DNA of 36,780 nucleotides. Origin: an uncultured Rickettsiales bacterium (lineage in GTDB: Bacteria; Myxococcota_A; UBA796; UBA9615). Every line of letters begins with the position of its first letter. Within the stretch, counting starts at the first letter, position 1. The notes beneath the pieces are model-generated. The model was not told the DNA's origin. It did no database searches and saw nothing but the letters and a program-made list of their open reading frames with translations. This document shows positions 17,575 through 25,055 of this stretch, piece by piece. The stretch spans positions 1-36,780 of the forward strand of contig CAZEIY010000002.1 of the NCBI GenBank assembly GCA_964512375.1, read 5' to 3'. Made by a program: the position numbers and the translations under genes.

Positions 17575-19463
17575 CGCTGCTGGCTCCAGTCATAGCGAGT
17601 GGCGCGGCATGCTAACAGACGATCCTCGCTCCACCGTTCCGAAGCGCTGGGATTTTCCGAACAAGGGGGCCGACCACCCTTCCTGCGCCCCCTGATACGG
17701 CAGATCCCGAGCAGGAGCAAGAGGGGAGCGAGAGACGGGAGCCCTCTTCCCAGACCAGCCTGCTGGCAAGCGATTGCCATCGAAGGCCCGTTCAGAGGGT
17801 CTGATTCCCCGAGATACTCGTCCAGATTGCTCAGTCCATCGCCGTCTGGGTCCTCGCTGGAGTCATCGCGAAGCAGGTCGAGGCCCCAGGCCAATTCCCA
17901 AAGATCATCCATGCCATCAGCATCGCCATCGACAGGTAGGAGGACCTCGCCCAGTTCTCTCGCCTCACCCGCCTGAAGAGTCAGCGCAGATGCTGCCACC
18001 CGACTCCTGGCTTCTGGCCACCAGCGCGTCACCGATGTGGGATCTCCCGCGCAGAAGGTCGGCAGGGAGAAACGCACCACCACCTCTCCTGCTCGGATGC
18101 CCCGCAGGTCCACCCTTCCCTCCCCATCCGTGCGACTGCTCGCAATAGTCTCCTCGGCTGAACCTGGGTCGAAGATCTCTACTCGGGCTCCCCTGAGGGG
18201 CGCCCCTCCCCTTCTCCGCACGGTGCCGAGTAGCTGCGCGCCCAATTCGGCCAGCAGCGAGACCTCATGGTCTTCACCCTGTTGCAGTTCGATTTGGACA
18301 GACTGAGTTGCCACCAGCATGGAATCTGTCGACGGCTCCAGGCTCACCAACACAGCTCGCGATGGGAGGCTCGAGAAGGTCACCTGCGAGGGCTCCTCGA
18401 CCACCTCGATTGTGTGCGAGGACAACTGCGCGCCGCTCAGTACGTCGGTGACTACTACCCGTACGCCCTCCTCGACAGGACCCAAGACATCCACCTGCAG
18501 CCTGGCCTCACTAGCGAGACGAATCTCAACCTCCTCGATGCTCCCAGCAGTAAGGACAAGGGCCTCTGCTTCAGGCTGAACGTCCCCCAGGGGGTACCAA
18601 CGCGTAGCCATTCCCGGTGCTGTCGCCGCGAGCACTGCTTCGCCTGCGAAGACATCAGCGAACTCGAACAAGCCCTCCTCGTTGCTCTGCTGGACCCGGA
18701 GGCCACCGGGAAACTGTAACGAGACGTCCGCCCCGCCCAGAGGTTGCCCCCCAGGTCCGAGAATCCGCCCACGGACCTGGGAAGGCTGGGGAAGATCGAA
18801 AGAACCCTCTGTCTCACTCCCCCGGGAAGCCAGCACAAACTCAGCGCTCTCTGCCTCAAAACCACCGGGATAAAACCAGGGTGACTCCCCCACTCGCTGA
18901 ACACTGAGCCGATAGCTTCCTGGTTGAGGCTCGCCCCCCAACACGATGGAGTCCAATCCCTGGATGCGGAAACGTCCGTCCGCACCGCTGAGTGCCGTGC
19001 GACGCAGCGAAGAATTGAAGAAGTCCAGACCCTGAGCGATAACCGTTGCGTCCGCAACAGGCTCGCCTTGAGAGAGAACCTCCCCCACAATCGAGCCGCC
19101 CTCGGGAAGAGCAAAGTCGATGCCATCGACCTCTTCCAGCGCGCCAAGCACGAGCGAGTCAGCAGAGCAGAAGAAGTACTGGTCCGAATACCAGGCGCCG
19201 ATGCGGTTCAGATCATTTGGCGGGAGCGCCCGCACCCTCTGCAAGCCCGGATCGATCCCTGACACCGTGTAGCTACCATCGCTGGCAGTGTGAGCCACAG
19301 CCGCCTGGCCAAGGCGATCCATCACCATCACCTGCACGCCGCCCAGGGGCGCACCATCAGCGTATCCAGTGACCTGACCCGAGAGTTCTGCTGCGGCCAG
19401 TGGCGCTGCAAACAAAAGCACGCACCACAGAGCACTGCTCCTCACAAGCCGAGTCACTTGCAA
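17571..19463 (-). CDS. Secreted protein with repeated carboxypeptidase-regulatory-like (CarboxypepD_reg) domains, TSP3-like Ca-binding DxDxDG motifs and a MYXO-CTERM-like sorting segment
   Basis: Signal peptide MQVTRLVRSSALWCVLLFAAPLAAA. Repeated G.V.D..G.PL.GA.V modules. DGDADGMDDLWELAWGLD...DPDGDGLSNLDEYLGESDPLN. Then C-containing motif + LPSLAPLLLLLGIC + RIRGRRKGG. Confidence 0.7.
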   Translation of the reverse strand: MQVTRLVRSSALWCVLLFAAPLAAAELSGQVTGYADGAPLGGVQVMVMDRLGQAAVAHTASDGSYTVSGIDPGLQRVRALPPNDLNRIGAWYSDQYFFCSADSLVLGALEEVDGIDFALPEGGSIVGEVLSQGEPVADATVIAQGLDFFNSSLRRTALSGADGRFRIQGLDSIVLGGEPQPGSYRLSVQRVGESPWFYPGGFEAESAEFVLASRGSETEGSFDLPQPSQVRGRILGPGGQPLGGADVSLQFPGGLRVQQSNEEGLFEFADVFAGEAVLAATAPGMATRWYPLGDVQPEAEALVLTAGSIEEVEIRLASEARLQVDVLGPVEEGVRVVVTDVLSGAQLSSHTIEVVEEPSQVTFSSLPSRAVLVSLEPSTDSMLVATQSVQIELQQGEDHEVSLLAELGAQLLGTVRRRGGAPLRGARVEIFDPGSAEETIASSRTDGEGRVDLRGIRAGEVVVRFSLPTFCAGDPTSVTRWWPEARSRVAASALTLQAGEARELGEVLLPVDGDADGMDDLWELAWGLDLLRDDSSEDPDGDGLSNLDEYLGESDPLNGPSMAIACQQAGLGRGLPSLAPLLLLLGICRIRGRRKGGRPPCSENPSASERWSEDRLLACRATRYDWSQQR

Positions 19464-19517
19464 GAGTCGCGCTGAACAGCGCCAGGGATCGTGCTCGCTC
19501 AGGCCGAAAACCTGCAG

Positions 19518-20741
19518 CTAGTTAAAGCCGATCTGCCAGACCGCTTGGGCCGCATACGACCCATTCAGGTCGGTGCCGCTATGGCTGTTCGAGCCCGTCG
19601 CACCGATCATCCAGTAGCCGTACCAGGTGGAGCCACTGCCCGCGTTGGCAGCCACACTATCCAGGGACGAGGCCTCGGACATTGTCCCCACCTCATTGCT
19701 GGAGTAGCCAGCATGAGAAAAGGTGAGCCCCTGATTACCCAGGGCCGTCGAGATCTCCGATGCGCTGTACCCACCAGCAGATGCAAGATCGAGGTTTAAT
19801 CCCCCCATGGTGCCGGCATCAATGAGCGCAATCGAGAGAAAGTCCCCGTAGCCACCATTGGTAATGGTCGACAGAAGGGCCGTCCCCAGGTTGGCACCCG
19901 CCTCATCCAGGGCCACGGCGCTACAGGCATCGGGACTTCCGGTGCCAGCAGATACATCAGACGCCGTACTATCATCGAAGTCGATCTTGCCAATGCAGTT
20001 ACTGCAGCCGGTGACTGGACTTCCGAAGTTCGCCGTTCCTTCGATAGAGATGCTCTGCTCACAGTCGATGGTTTGATTGGCCCCATCACTCCAATAGGTG
20101 AACTTGAACGTCGCAGCGATGCCGGTAGAGCCCCCAGCGCCTGGGTTGGCGGTCATCTCAAATGAGAAGGTCAAGGCATCGAAGCTCAAGGTTCCCGTTG
20201 CGTCGTCGTCGTCGCTGGTCGTGTCGTCGTCGTCGCTGGTCGTGTCGTCATCGTCGTCGTCATCGTCATCGTCATCGTCGCCAAGACCACCACCAACACC
20301 GTTGTTGCAGTGAAGGGTTACCGAGTCATCGCTGCCGTCACAGCTGAGACCGCCAGGCGCGCACATATCGAGCATTGGTTCGCAGTTGCATGCCGGGCCG
20401 TCAGTACATGATGACGGCGCAGCACGACACGTGCCCTCATTCTCGGTGTTGTCGACCAGGCAGAACAAGTCGCCGCTGCACTGACTACCCCACAGACAGG
20501 GACCACCCGCAGGCTCGAGAGCTGCGCACGACCCCTCGGGCGAAGATGCCGGATCATCGGCCTTGCAGTATTCCTCGCCGGCAGTGCAATCAACATCTGT
20601 GAAGCACGAGTCACCATTGCCGTCATCATCATCACCACCGCCGCGCACAACACTTATGCAGCTGGTCAAGAGCAGCGCAGTGGCCACCAGACAGGACAGG
20701 GTGGCCAGAAAGACTTGTAAGCTCGATGTGTTCTTCGACAT
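19518..20741 (-). CDS. Acidic cysteine-rich lipoprotein, unknown function
   Basis: MSKNTSSLQVFLATLSCLVATALLLTSC lipobox. Cys-rich N-terminal modules (DSCFTDVDCTAGEEYC...). D11 tract followed by 2 x TTSDDDD. The Gly/Ser/Ala-rich C-terminal half matches no family I recognise. Confidence 0.6.
   Translation of the reverse strand: MSKNTSSLQVFLATLSCLVATALLLTSCISVVRGGGDDDDGNGDSCFTDVDCTAGEEYCKADDPASSPEGSCAALEPAGGPCLWGSQCSGDLFCLVDNTENEGTCRAAPSSCTDGPACNCEPMLDMCAPGGLSCDGSDDSVTLHCNNGVGGGLGDDDDDDDDDDDDTTSDDDDTTSDDDDATGTLSFDALTFSFEMTANPGAGGSTGIAATFKFTYWSDGANQTIDCEQSISIEGTANFGSPVTGCSNCIGKIDFDDSTASDVSAGTGSPDACSAVALDEAGANLGTALLSTITNGGYGDFLSIALIDAGTMGGLNLDLASAGGYSASEISTALGNQGLTFSHAGYSSNEVGTMSEASSLDSVAANAGSGSTWYGYWMIGATGSNSHSGTDLNGSYAAQAVWQIGFN
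20202..20281 (-). repeat. In-frame tandem repeat: 2 x identical 21-nt unit plus GTC/ATC (Asp codon) run
   Basis: gtcgtcgtcgtcgctggtcgt occurs at 20202-20222 and again identically at 20223-20243. An (gtc/atc)n run follows to about 20280. On the coding strand this encodes D11-(TTSDDDD)2. Confidence 0.9.
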
Positions 20742-20865
20742 GAAGGGGTTCCTTGTGTGGAGTTCTTGCTGCTGACGAACTTCTCATGTTGCTGACAGAA
20801 GGACGCGCGGCTTCCGCATGGACGCAGTGATTACCCCAGAGCAGTCAGAAAGAAAAGGGAACTTG

Positions 20866-22053
20866 CTAGCCCGAGAGGCTGGAGTCGACCTCTCGTAGCA
20901 ACGCCACGGTGAAGTCACGAGCGGTAATCAGCGCGTCCGCATCGACCGAATTAATATCGTCCGACTGGCTCCCAAGAGGACCCGGCGGGCGACCATTAAC
21001 CAGCCCGCTAAGGGTAATGGCCCGATGCCCCGCTCGAGTGGGCGGGCCGGCATCGGTCCGACCGGGCGAAGCAAAGGAGCGCACCAATCGGAACGCTGGC
21101 TGACTCGCAACCCGCTCGGCTGCAGCCGGAATACTGGGCCGGTACGGCAGGGTCCGCCAACGTCCCTCAGACACCGCATACGCGAGCTCACCTCGACCCA
21201 CACCTTCTAGATTGACGAACCAGGTCGAGTCACGCTCAAGCATGTGAGCAAATTGGTAGAGGAAGCCCTTCATCCCACCCGCGTCTGGCTGCCTCGCGCC
21301 GCTGGCAACCACCCACAGCTCCAGGTGCTTGAGGGGTTCGCACTTGAGTTGATGGGCAACTGCCAGGATGACAGCAAGGCTCGAGGCATTATTGACCGCA
21401 CCCTGCTGTGGTGGAGAACGCCACCAGTCCAGAGCCAGAGCCAGGGCTGCGCTATGCACGAAGACTGCACCCAGGAGACCAGCAAGAAGGACTACCACGA
21501 GCACCGAGAGATCATCGCGAGACCACTGCACCGCTGCGGCGAACAACTGGATAACTCCTGCAATCAGCACGATGGAGCCGGGATGCACCGACTTCCCTGG
21601 GAGCTCGCGGTCAAGGAAGAGGCGCCTGGCCCAGGGGAGCAGCAGCGAAGACGTGGCCGCTACATCCGAATGCGCCACCAGGATCAGTCGTCCTCGAGCC
21701 GCTGGATTATCGGACCGAGCCACCATGTTGCAGGTGATCCGTTTGAGGAGGAGCTTGCGCAAGAGCCTTGGGCTACCGCGTAGTTCACCCCAGAACGACA
21801 GCAGGGTGATGGCAGTGAGAAAGAAGGCGAAAGGCCCCGGATCGAACAGCGCCTGTAGGGCAGCCCAGAGAAAGAACAGGCTGTGCATTCCCAGGATCAC
21901 CGGAACCCGCGGGGCACACACGGCACCAGCCAGCACCGCACCCATACCCAGCTCATCAAGACGACCAGCAAGCATGGCCTGAGCCATGCGCTCGCCTTCT
22001 GAGCCGGCCTCTCGAGGGGGCAGATCGAGCACATCGCGGATGAAGTTCATCAT
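20866..22053 (-). CDS. M28-peptidase-like membrane protein, apparently with degenerate metal-binding residues
   Basis: From ATG-ATG at 22048-22053: MMNFIRDVLDLPPREAGSEGERMAQAMLAGRLDELG (typical M28 N-terminus), LILVAHSDV (HxD), GAVNNASSLAVILAVA (in place of DNASG). Hydrophobic TM-like segments are intercalated. The 94-aa N-terminal extension in the ORF track (to 22335) overlaps qhpD and is probably not translated. Confidence 0.55.
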   Translation of the reverse strand: MMNFIRDVLDLPPREAGSEGERMAQAMLAGRLDELGMGAVLAGAVCAPRVPVILGMHSLFFLWAALQALFDPGPFAFFLTAITLLSFWGELRGSPRLLRKLLLKRITCNMVARSDNPAARGRLILVAHSDVAATSSLLLPWARRLFLDRELPGKSVHPGSIVLIAGVIQLFAAAVQWSRDDLSVLVVVLLAGLLGAVFVHSAALALALDWWRSPPQQGAVNNASSLAVILAVAHQLKCEPLKHLELWVVASGARQPDAGGMKGFLYQFAHMLERDSTWFVNLEGVGRGELAYAVSEGRWRTLPYRPSIPAAAERVASQPAFRLVRSFASPGRTDAGPPTRAGHRAITLSGLVNGRPPGPLGSQSDDINSVDADALITARDFTVALLREVDSSLSG

Positions 22054-22115
22054 CGAGATGCTCTCAGTGCGTTGGTGTCCTTCATCCATGAGCCTGCAAA
22101 GTGTAGTCGGATCGC

Positions 22116-22121
22116 TATAAT
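22116..22121 (+). promoter_or_regulatory. Possible -10 box (TATAAT) for the qhp-like operon
   Basis: A perfect TATAAT at 22116-22121 lies about 50 nt upstream of the TTG(22171)/GGAG(22159-22162) candidate start of qhpD. The -35 region is poor (cTGcaA at 22094-22099). Weak evidence. Confidence 0.2.
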
Positions 22122-22170
22122 CGTGAACCCCGCAGCAGCAGCTTCCCAGCGGAACCCCGGAGTCACCCTC

Positions 22171-23589
22171 TTGCAGTTGGTTGCAGACGAGATCGTACGG
22201 CTCCCCGACAATGGGCTGCAGCACGTCTTTCACGTGCCCACATCCTCCTTCTACGAGGTGGGCAAGGAAGGCTTGGCGATGCTCGATGAGATCATGAGTC
22301 GGGACGTAATTGATAGCCTCGATGACATCGCTCACCCGTCAACGCTGAGCGAGCAGGACCGCCATGATCTCGTCGAGGACATGCGGCGTCTGCGCCTGCT
22401 GGTCCCCGAAGGCGAACGGGGGAATCCGGGAGCACTACGTGATCGACCGCCGGCAAGCGAGAGCATTCGCAACCTTGTCCTACACGTTGCTCACAACTGC
22501 AACCTCGCGTGCACCTATTGCTACGCCGACCACGGCAAGTACCAGGGCAAGGCAATGCTCATGGAGCAAGGCCAGGCACAGCGCTACATTGACTGGCTCT
22601 TTGCTCAGAGCGGTGAGCACAACAACCTGGGCATCACCTTCTTCGGCGGCGAGCCTCTGCTGAACATGCCAGTGGTGCGCGAAGCAGCTGCGTACGCCCG
22701 CGAAGTGGCTGCCAGCCATGGCAAGTCGGTCAGATTCTCTATGACCACAAACGGCACACTAATTGGTGATGCTGCCGTTAGTTTCTTCGAGGAGATCGAC
22801 TGTCAGGTCACGGTCAGCCTCGATGCGATCGGCAAACAGAACGACCGTCTCCGCCCCTTTCACAGTGGTCGCGGCTCCTACGAGTTGATCCTGAAGCGCA
22901 TCCGGCCCCTGCTGGATCGTCGCAAGGTAGCGGCACGAGTAACGATCACTCGAAAGAACCTCGACGTTGTCCGCACCGTTGAGACCCTACTGGCTCAGGG
23001 ATTTACCGAGGTAGGCTGCTCGCCGGTCGACGCCAAGGACGCCGCCTTCGATCTCAGGGGGGAGGACTACGAGCAGCTCCTGCTCGGCTTCTCCGAATTG
23101 AGCGAGCGCTTCATCTCTGCAGGTCTGAGAGGCCAACTCTACGGCTTCTCGAACATCAAGAACCTGCTGAAGGCTATCCACGATGGGCAGAACAAGGAAT
23201 ACCCCTGCGGTGCAGGGCTGCAAATGGTAGCGGGCGCACCCAATGGCGACATGAGTCTCTGCCATCGCTTTGTCGGTGAAGACGAATTTGTGCTGGGCAA
23301 CGTTGAGAAGGGCGGCATCGACCGAGACAAGCGGCTGCAAGTGCTGAGCGACATCCGCCTTGATCAGCGCAGCGATTGTGGCAACTGCTGGGCCCGGTAC
23401 ATCTGCTCGGGCGGCTGCCATCACGTCAACTTCCTGTTCGAAGGAAGCCCCCAGCGCACCTATACAAGCCACTGCGATTACCTGCGTGACTGGTACAAGC
23501 TTGGCCTGACCACCTATGCGAGACTGGTAACAGCCAAGCCAGACTTCTTCGACTCGCCGCTCCAGGCAAGCGGCACCTGTAAGCAATGA
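22171..23589 (+). CDS. qhpD: Radical SAM/SPASM peptide-modifying maturase, QhpD-like (thioether cross-link forming)
   Basis: CNLACTYC (CX3CX2C radical-SAM cluster), GITFFGGEPLL, and a C-terminal SPASM region (CGAGLQMVAGAPNGDMSLCHRF...CGNCWARYICSGGCHH). The N-terminal hVFHVPTSSFYEV peptide-binding-type segment resembles SCIFF/QhpD-class maturases. The precursor-like subunit gene follows immediately. Start uncertain: the ORF track gives TTG 22072. I prefer TTG 22171 (GGAG 8 nt upstream, third-position GC rises from here, 472 aa). Confidence 0.85.
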   Translation: MQLVADEIVRLPDNGLQHVFHVPTSSFYEVGKEGLAMLDEIMSRDVIDSLDDIAHPSTLSEQDRHDLVEDMRRLRLLVPEGERGNPGALRDRPPASESIRNLVLHVAHNCNLACTYCYADHGKYQGKAMLMEQGQAQRYIDWLFAQSGEHNNLGITFFGGEPLLNMPVVREAAAYAREVAASHGKSVRFSMTTNGTLIGDAAVSFFEEIDCQVTVSLDAIGKQNDRLRPFHSGRGSYELILKRIRPLLDRRKVAARVTITRKNLDVVRTVETLLAQGFTEVGCSPVDAKDAAFDLRGEDYEQLLLGFSELSERFISAGLRGQLYGFSNIKNLLKAIHDGQNKEYPCGAGLQMVAGAPNGDMSLCHRFVGEDEFVLGNVEKGGIDRDKRLQVLSDIRLDQRSDCGNCWARYICSGGCHHVNFLFEGSPQRTYTSHCDYLRDWYKLGLTTYARLVTAKPDFFDSPLQASGTCKQ

Positions 23590-23608
23590 GCAACTGCTGG
23601 GAACAACC

Positions 23609-23905
23609 ATGAAGAGAATCAAGCCCCTCAATATGAAGGCCCGACGCGTCGACGATGAGAGCACGAACGATGTGCGGGGCTATGCGTTCAACGACTGCTG
23701 CGCGTCCTTCGCACCAGGCTGGGAGGTTGGTCACAACGACCGAGCCGACCCTTGTCCCTGGAAGAGCGACCTCAGCTTGTGCTGGAACACGTGCTACTGG
23801 ATGGGCCAGGTACCAGACGCGCAGTCACACTCCGACTGGCTCGATGCTTGCGGCAACATCCAGCAGGACTGGCGAAGCCTCTGCACCATCCCGGATACAA
23901 AATGA
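23609..23905 (+). CDS. qhpC: Quinohemoprotein amine dehydrogenase gamma-subunit-like cross-linked peptide (CTQ-bearing subunit)
   Basis: 98 aa: ...NDCCASFAPGWEVGHNDRADPCPWKSDLSLCWNTCYWMGQVPDAQSHSDWLDACGNIQQDWRSLCTIPDTK. It matches, from my memory of the Paracoccus/Pseudomonas gamma subunits, C..DPGWEV, C.....DL..C...CWW..QV.D, DWR and the terminal FP.[DT]K. It starts 19 nt after qhpD and is linked to the next gene by an ATGA overlap. Confidence 0.85.
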   Translation: MKRIKPLNMKARRVDDESTNDVRGYAFNDCCASFAPGWEVGHNDRADPCPWKSDLSLCWNTCYWMGQVPDAQSHSDWLDACGNIQQDWRSLCTIPDTK

Positions 23906-24951
23906 ACTCCAAACTCCTCTCCTTCGTACTCGCTGGCGCGCTGGTCCTGTGCGCATCTCCTGCTCTGGCCAGTGGCACCACCGGGGCTACCGCCTGGGTC
24001 TCCTCCAACCATATTCAGGTCATCGACATTGACAACGGCTCGGTCGTCGGCCGACTCCCCTTGCGTGAATTCATCCACGAGATGCAGTTCAGCGGCACCG
24101 GTGACCGGCTCTACGTCGGCACCAGCCAGGCCCTGCGCGTGGTGGACCCCGAGCAGATGGCCTTCACTGCGGTGCTATCTGCCCGTCGCACCAAGGCCGT
24201 TGCCGTGAGCAACGACGGTGATCAGGTGTTTGCAATCCATCCGGGCGATCCTGATCTAAGTCAGCAGGCGCGCAAGGCCGGAACCCCGCTGCCCCTGGCA
24301 ACCCTCACGCACTACTCAACCGAAACCATGAGCGAAAATCGCTCATGGCAAGTACCGGCCATGAGCTTTGACGTTGCCATCTCGCCCGCAGGAGATCGTG
24401 TCTTCGTGCTCGACCCCACGGCGGGACAGGTGCAGATCTACAGCCCTACCGGCGACCTGCTCGACAAAGTCACCGTCGCTCCGCCAGATGCGAACGGACG
24501 ACCTCAGCAGGCCATGCTCGGTTGGATGGCAGTCTCACCCGACGGCCAATCCATGGTGGTGCCGGTGACCGTGGCTACCGGCGCTGTGCTCGCCCGGGTT
24601 GATCTGAGCTCATCTCCCAGCGCGCAACGCGTGTCTCGAGACCCCCTCAAGGCGAACGGCCGCGTTCAAGGTCTGGCATGGAACGCAGCCGGTGACGGCG
24701 TACTCATCACCTCCGTGGGTGGACTCTGCAACTACACAGGCGCTGGCAGTGAGCAGACCTGGACACCCCAAAAGGTCAACTATGTGGACATCGAGCCGGT
24801 CCCGGCGAGCTCACACAGCGTGGCCGTTGCACCCGTCTTCTCCGAAAAGAATAAGAGTGGGGGTGTCTCCATACTGTCCGAGCGAGGCGAAATTGTTCGC
24901 TCCATCGAGTTGAGCGACATGAGCCCCTTCTTCGTGGCGGTTCGCCCCTGA
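23902..24951 (+). CDS. qhpB: Periplasmic beta-propeller protein, QhpB (beta subunit)-like
   Basis: The ATG at 23902 overlaps the qhpC stop (ATGA). Sec signal MNSKLLSFVLAGALVLCASPALASG. Repeated YVTN/YncE-like blades (IQVIDIDNGSVVGRL, VAVSNDGDQVFAI, VAISPAGDRVFVLD, MAVSPDGQSMVVP). The assignment to QhpB rests mainly on context. Confidence 0.7.
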   Translation: MNSKLLSFVLAGALVLCASPALASGTTGATAWVSSNHIQVIDIDNGSVVGRLPLREFIHEMQFSGTGDRLYVGTSQALRVVDPEQMAFTAVLSARRTKAVAVSNDGDQVFAIHPGDPDLSQQARKAGTPLPLATLTHYSTETMSENRSWQVPAMSFDVAISPAGDRVFVLDPTAGQVQIYSPTGDLLDKVTVAPPDANGRPQQAMLGWMAVSPDGQSMVVPVTVATGAVLARVDLSSSPSAQRVSRDPLKANGRVQGLAWNAAGDGVLITSVGGLCNYTGAGSEQTWTPQKVNYVDIEPVPASSHSVAVAPVFSEKNKSGGVSILSERGEIVRSIELSDMSPFFVAVRP

Positions 24952-25055
24952 GCAAGACCCTCTACTGCCTACACGTACCAGATAGGGCTCGGCTGACAGC
25001 ACTAGCTGCTCGCTTGCAAGATCTGGGTTCTGCTCTCCCGGTCTGGGCTGACTCA

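Noticed and set aside
20202-20281. Short direct repeats as a possible CRISPR or minisatellite locus (also 32521..32583)
   Set aside because: The units are contiguous, with no spacers. They are 21 nt long, in frame, and lie inside well-supported secreted-protein ORFs. They are coding tandem repeats, not CRISPR.
22054-22335. 94-aa N-terminal extension of the M28-like ORF (ORF-track start at 22335), which would overlap qhpD by about 260 nt
   Set aside because: The M28 homology begins right after the ATG-ATG at 22048-22053. The extension lies antisense to the N-terminal peptide-binding segment of the rSAM enzyme (VFHVPTSSFYEV), which is a conserved feature of that class.
23395-23440. CSGGCH in QhpD as a possible haem-c attachment site
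   Set aside because: It is CX3CH rather than CXXCH. It sits in the cytoplasmic SPASM Cys cluster (CGNCWARYICSGGCHH), where these Cys residues ligate auxiliary Fe-S clusters.
22987-23664. 225-aa minus-strand ORF inside qhpD
   Set aside because: Antisense shadow of the SPASM-domain region, with no independent support.
23752-23901. 5' extension of the qhpB ORF (track start 23752), overlapping most of qhpC in another frame
   Set aside because: A canonical Sec signal peptide starts at the internal ATG 23902, which forms an ATGA junction with the qhpC stop. The extension has no signal and would overprint the conserved QhpC core.
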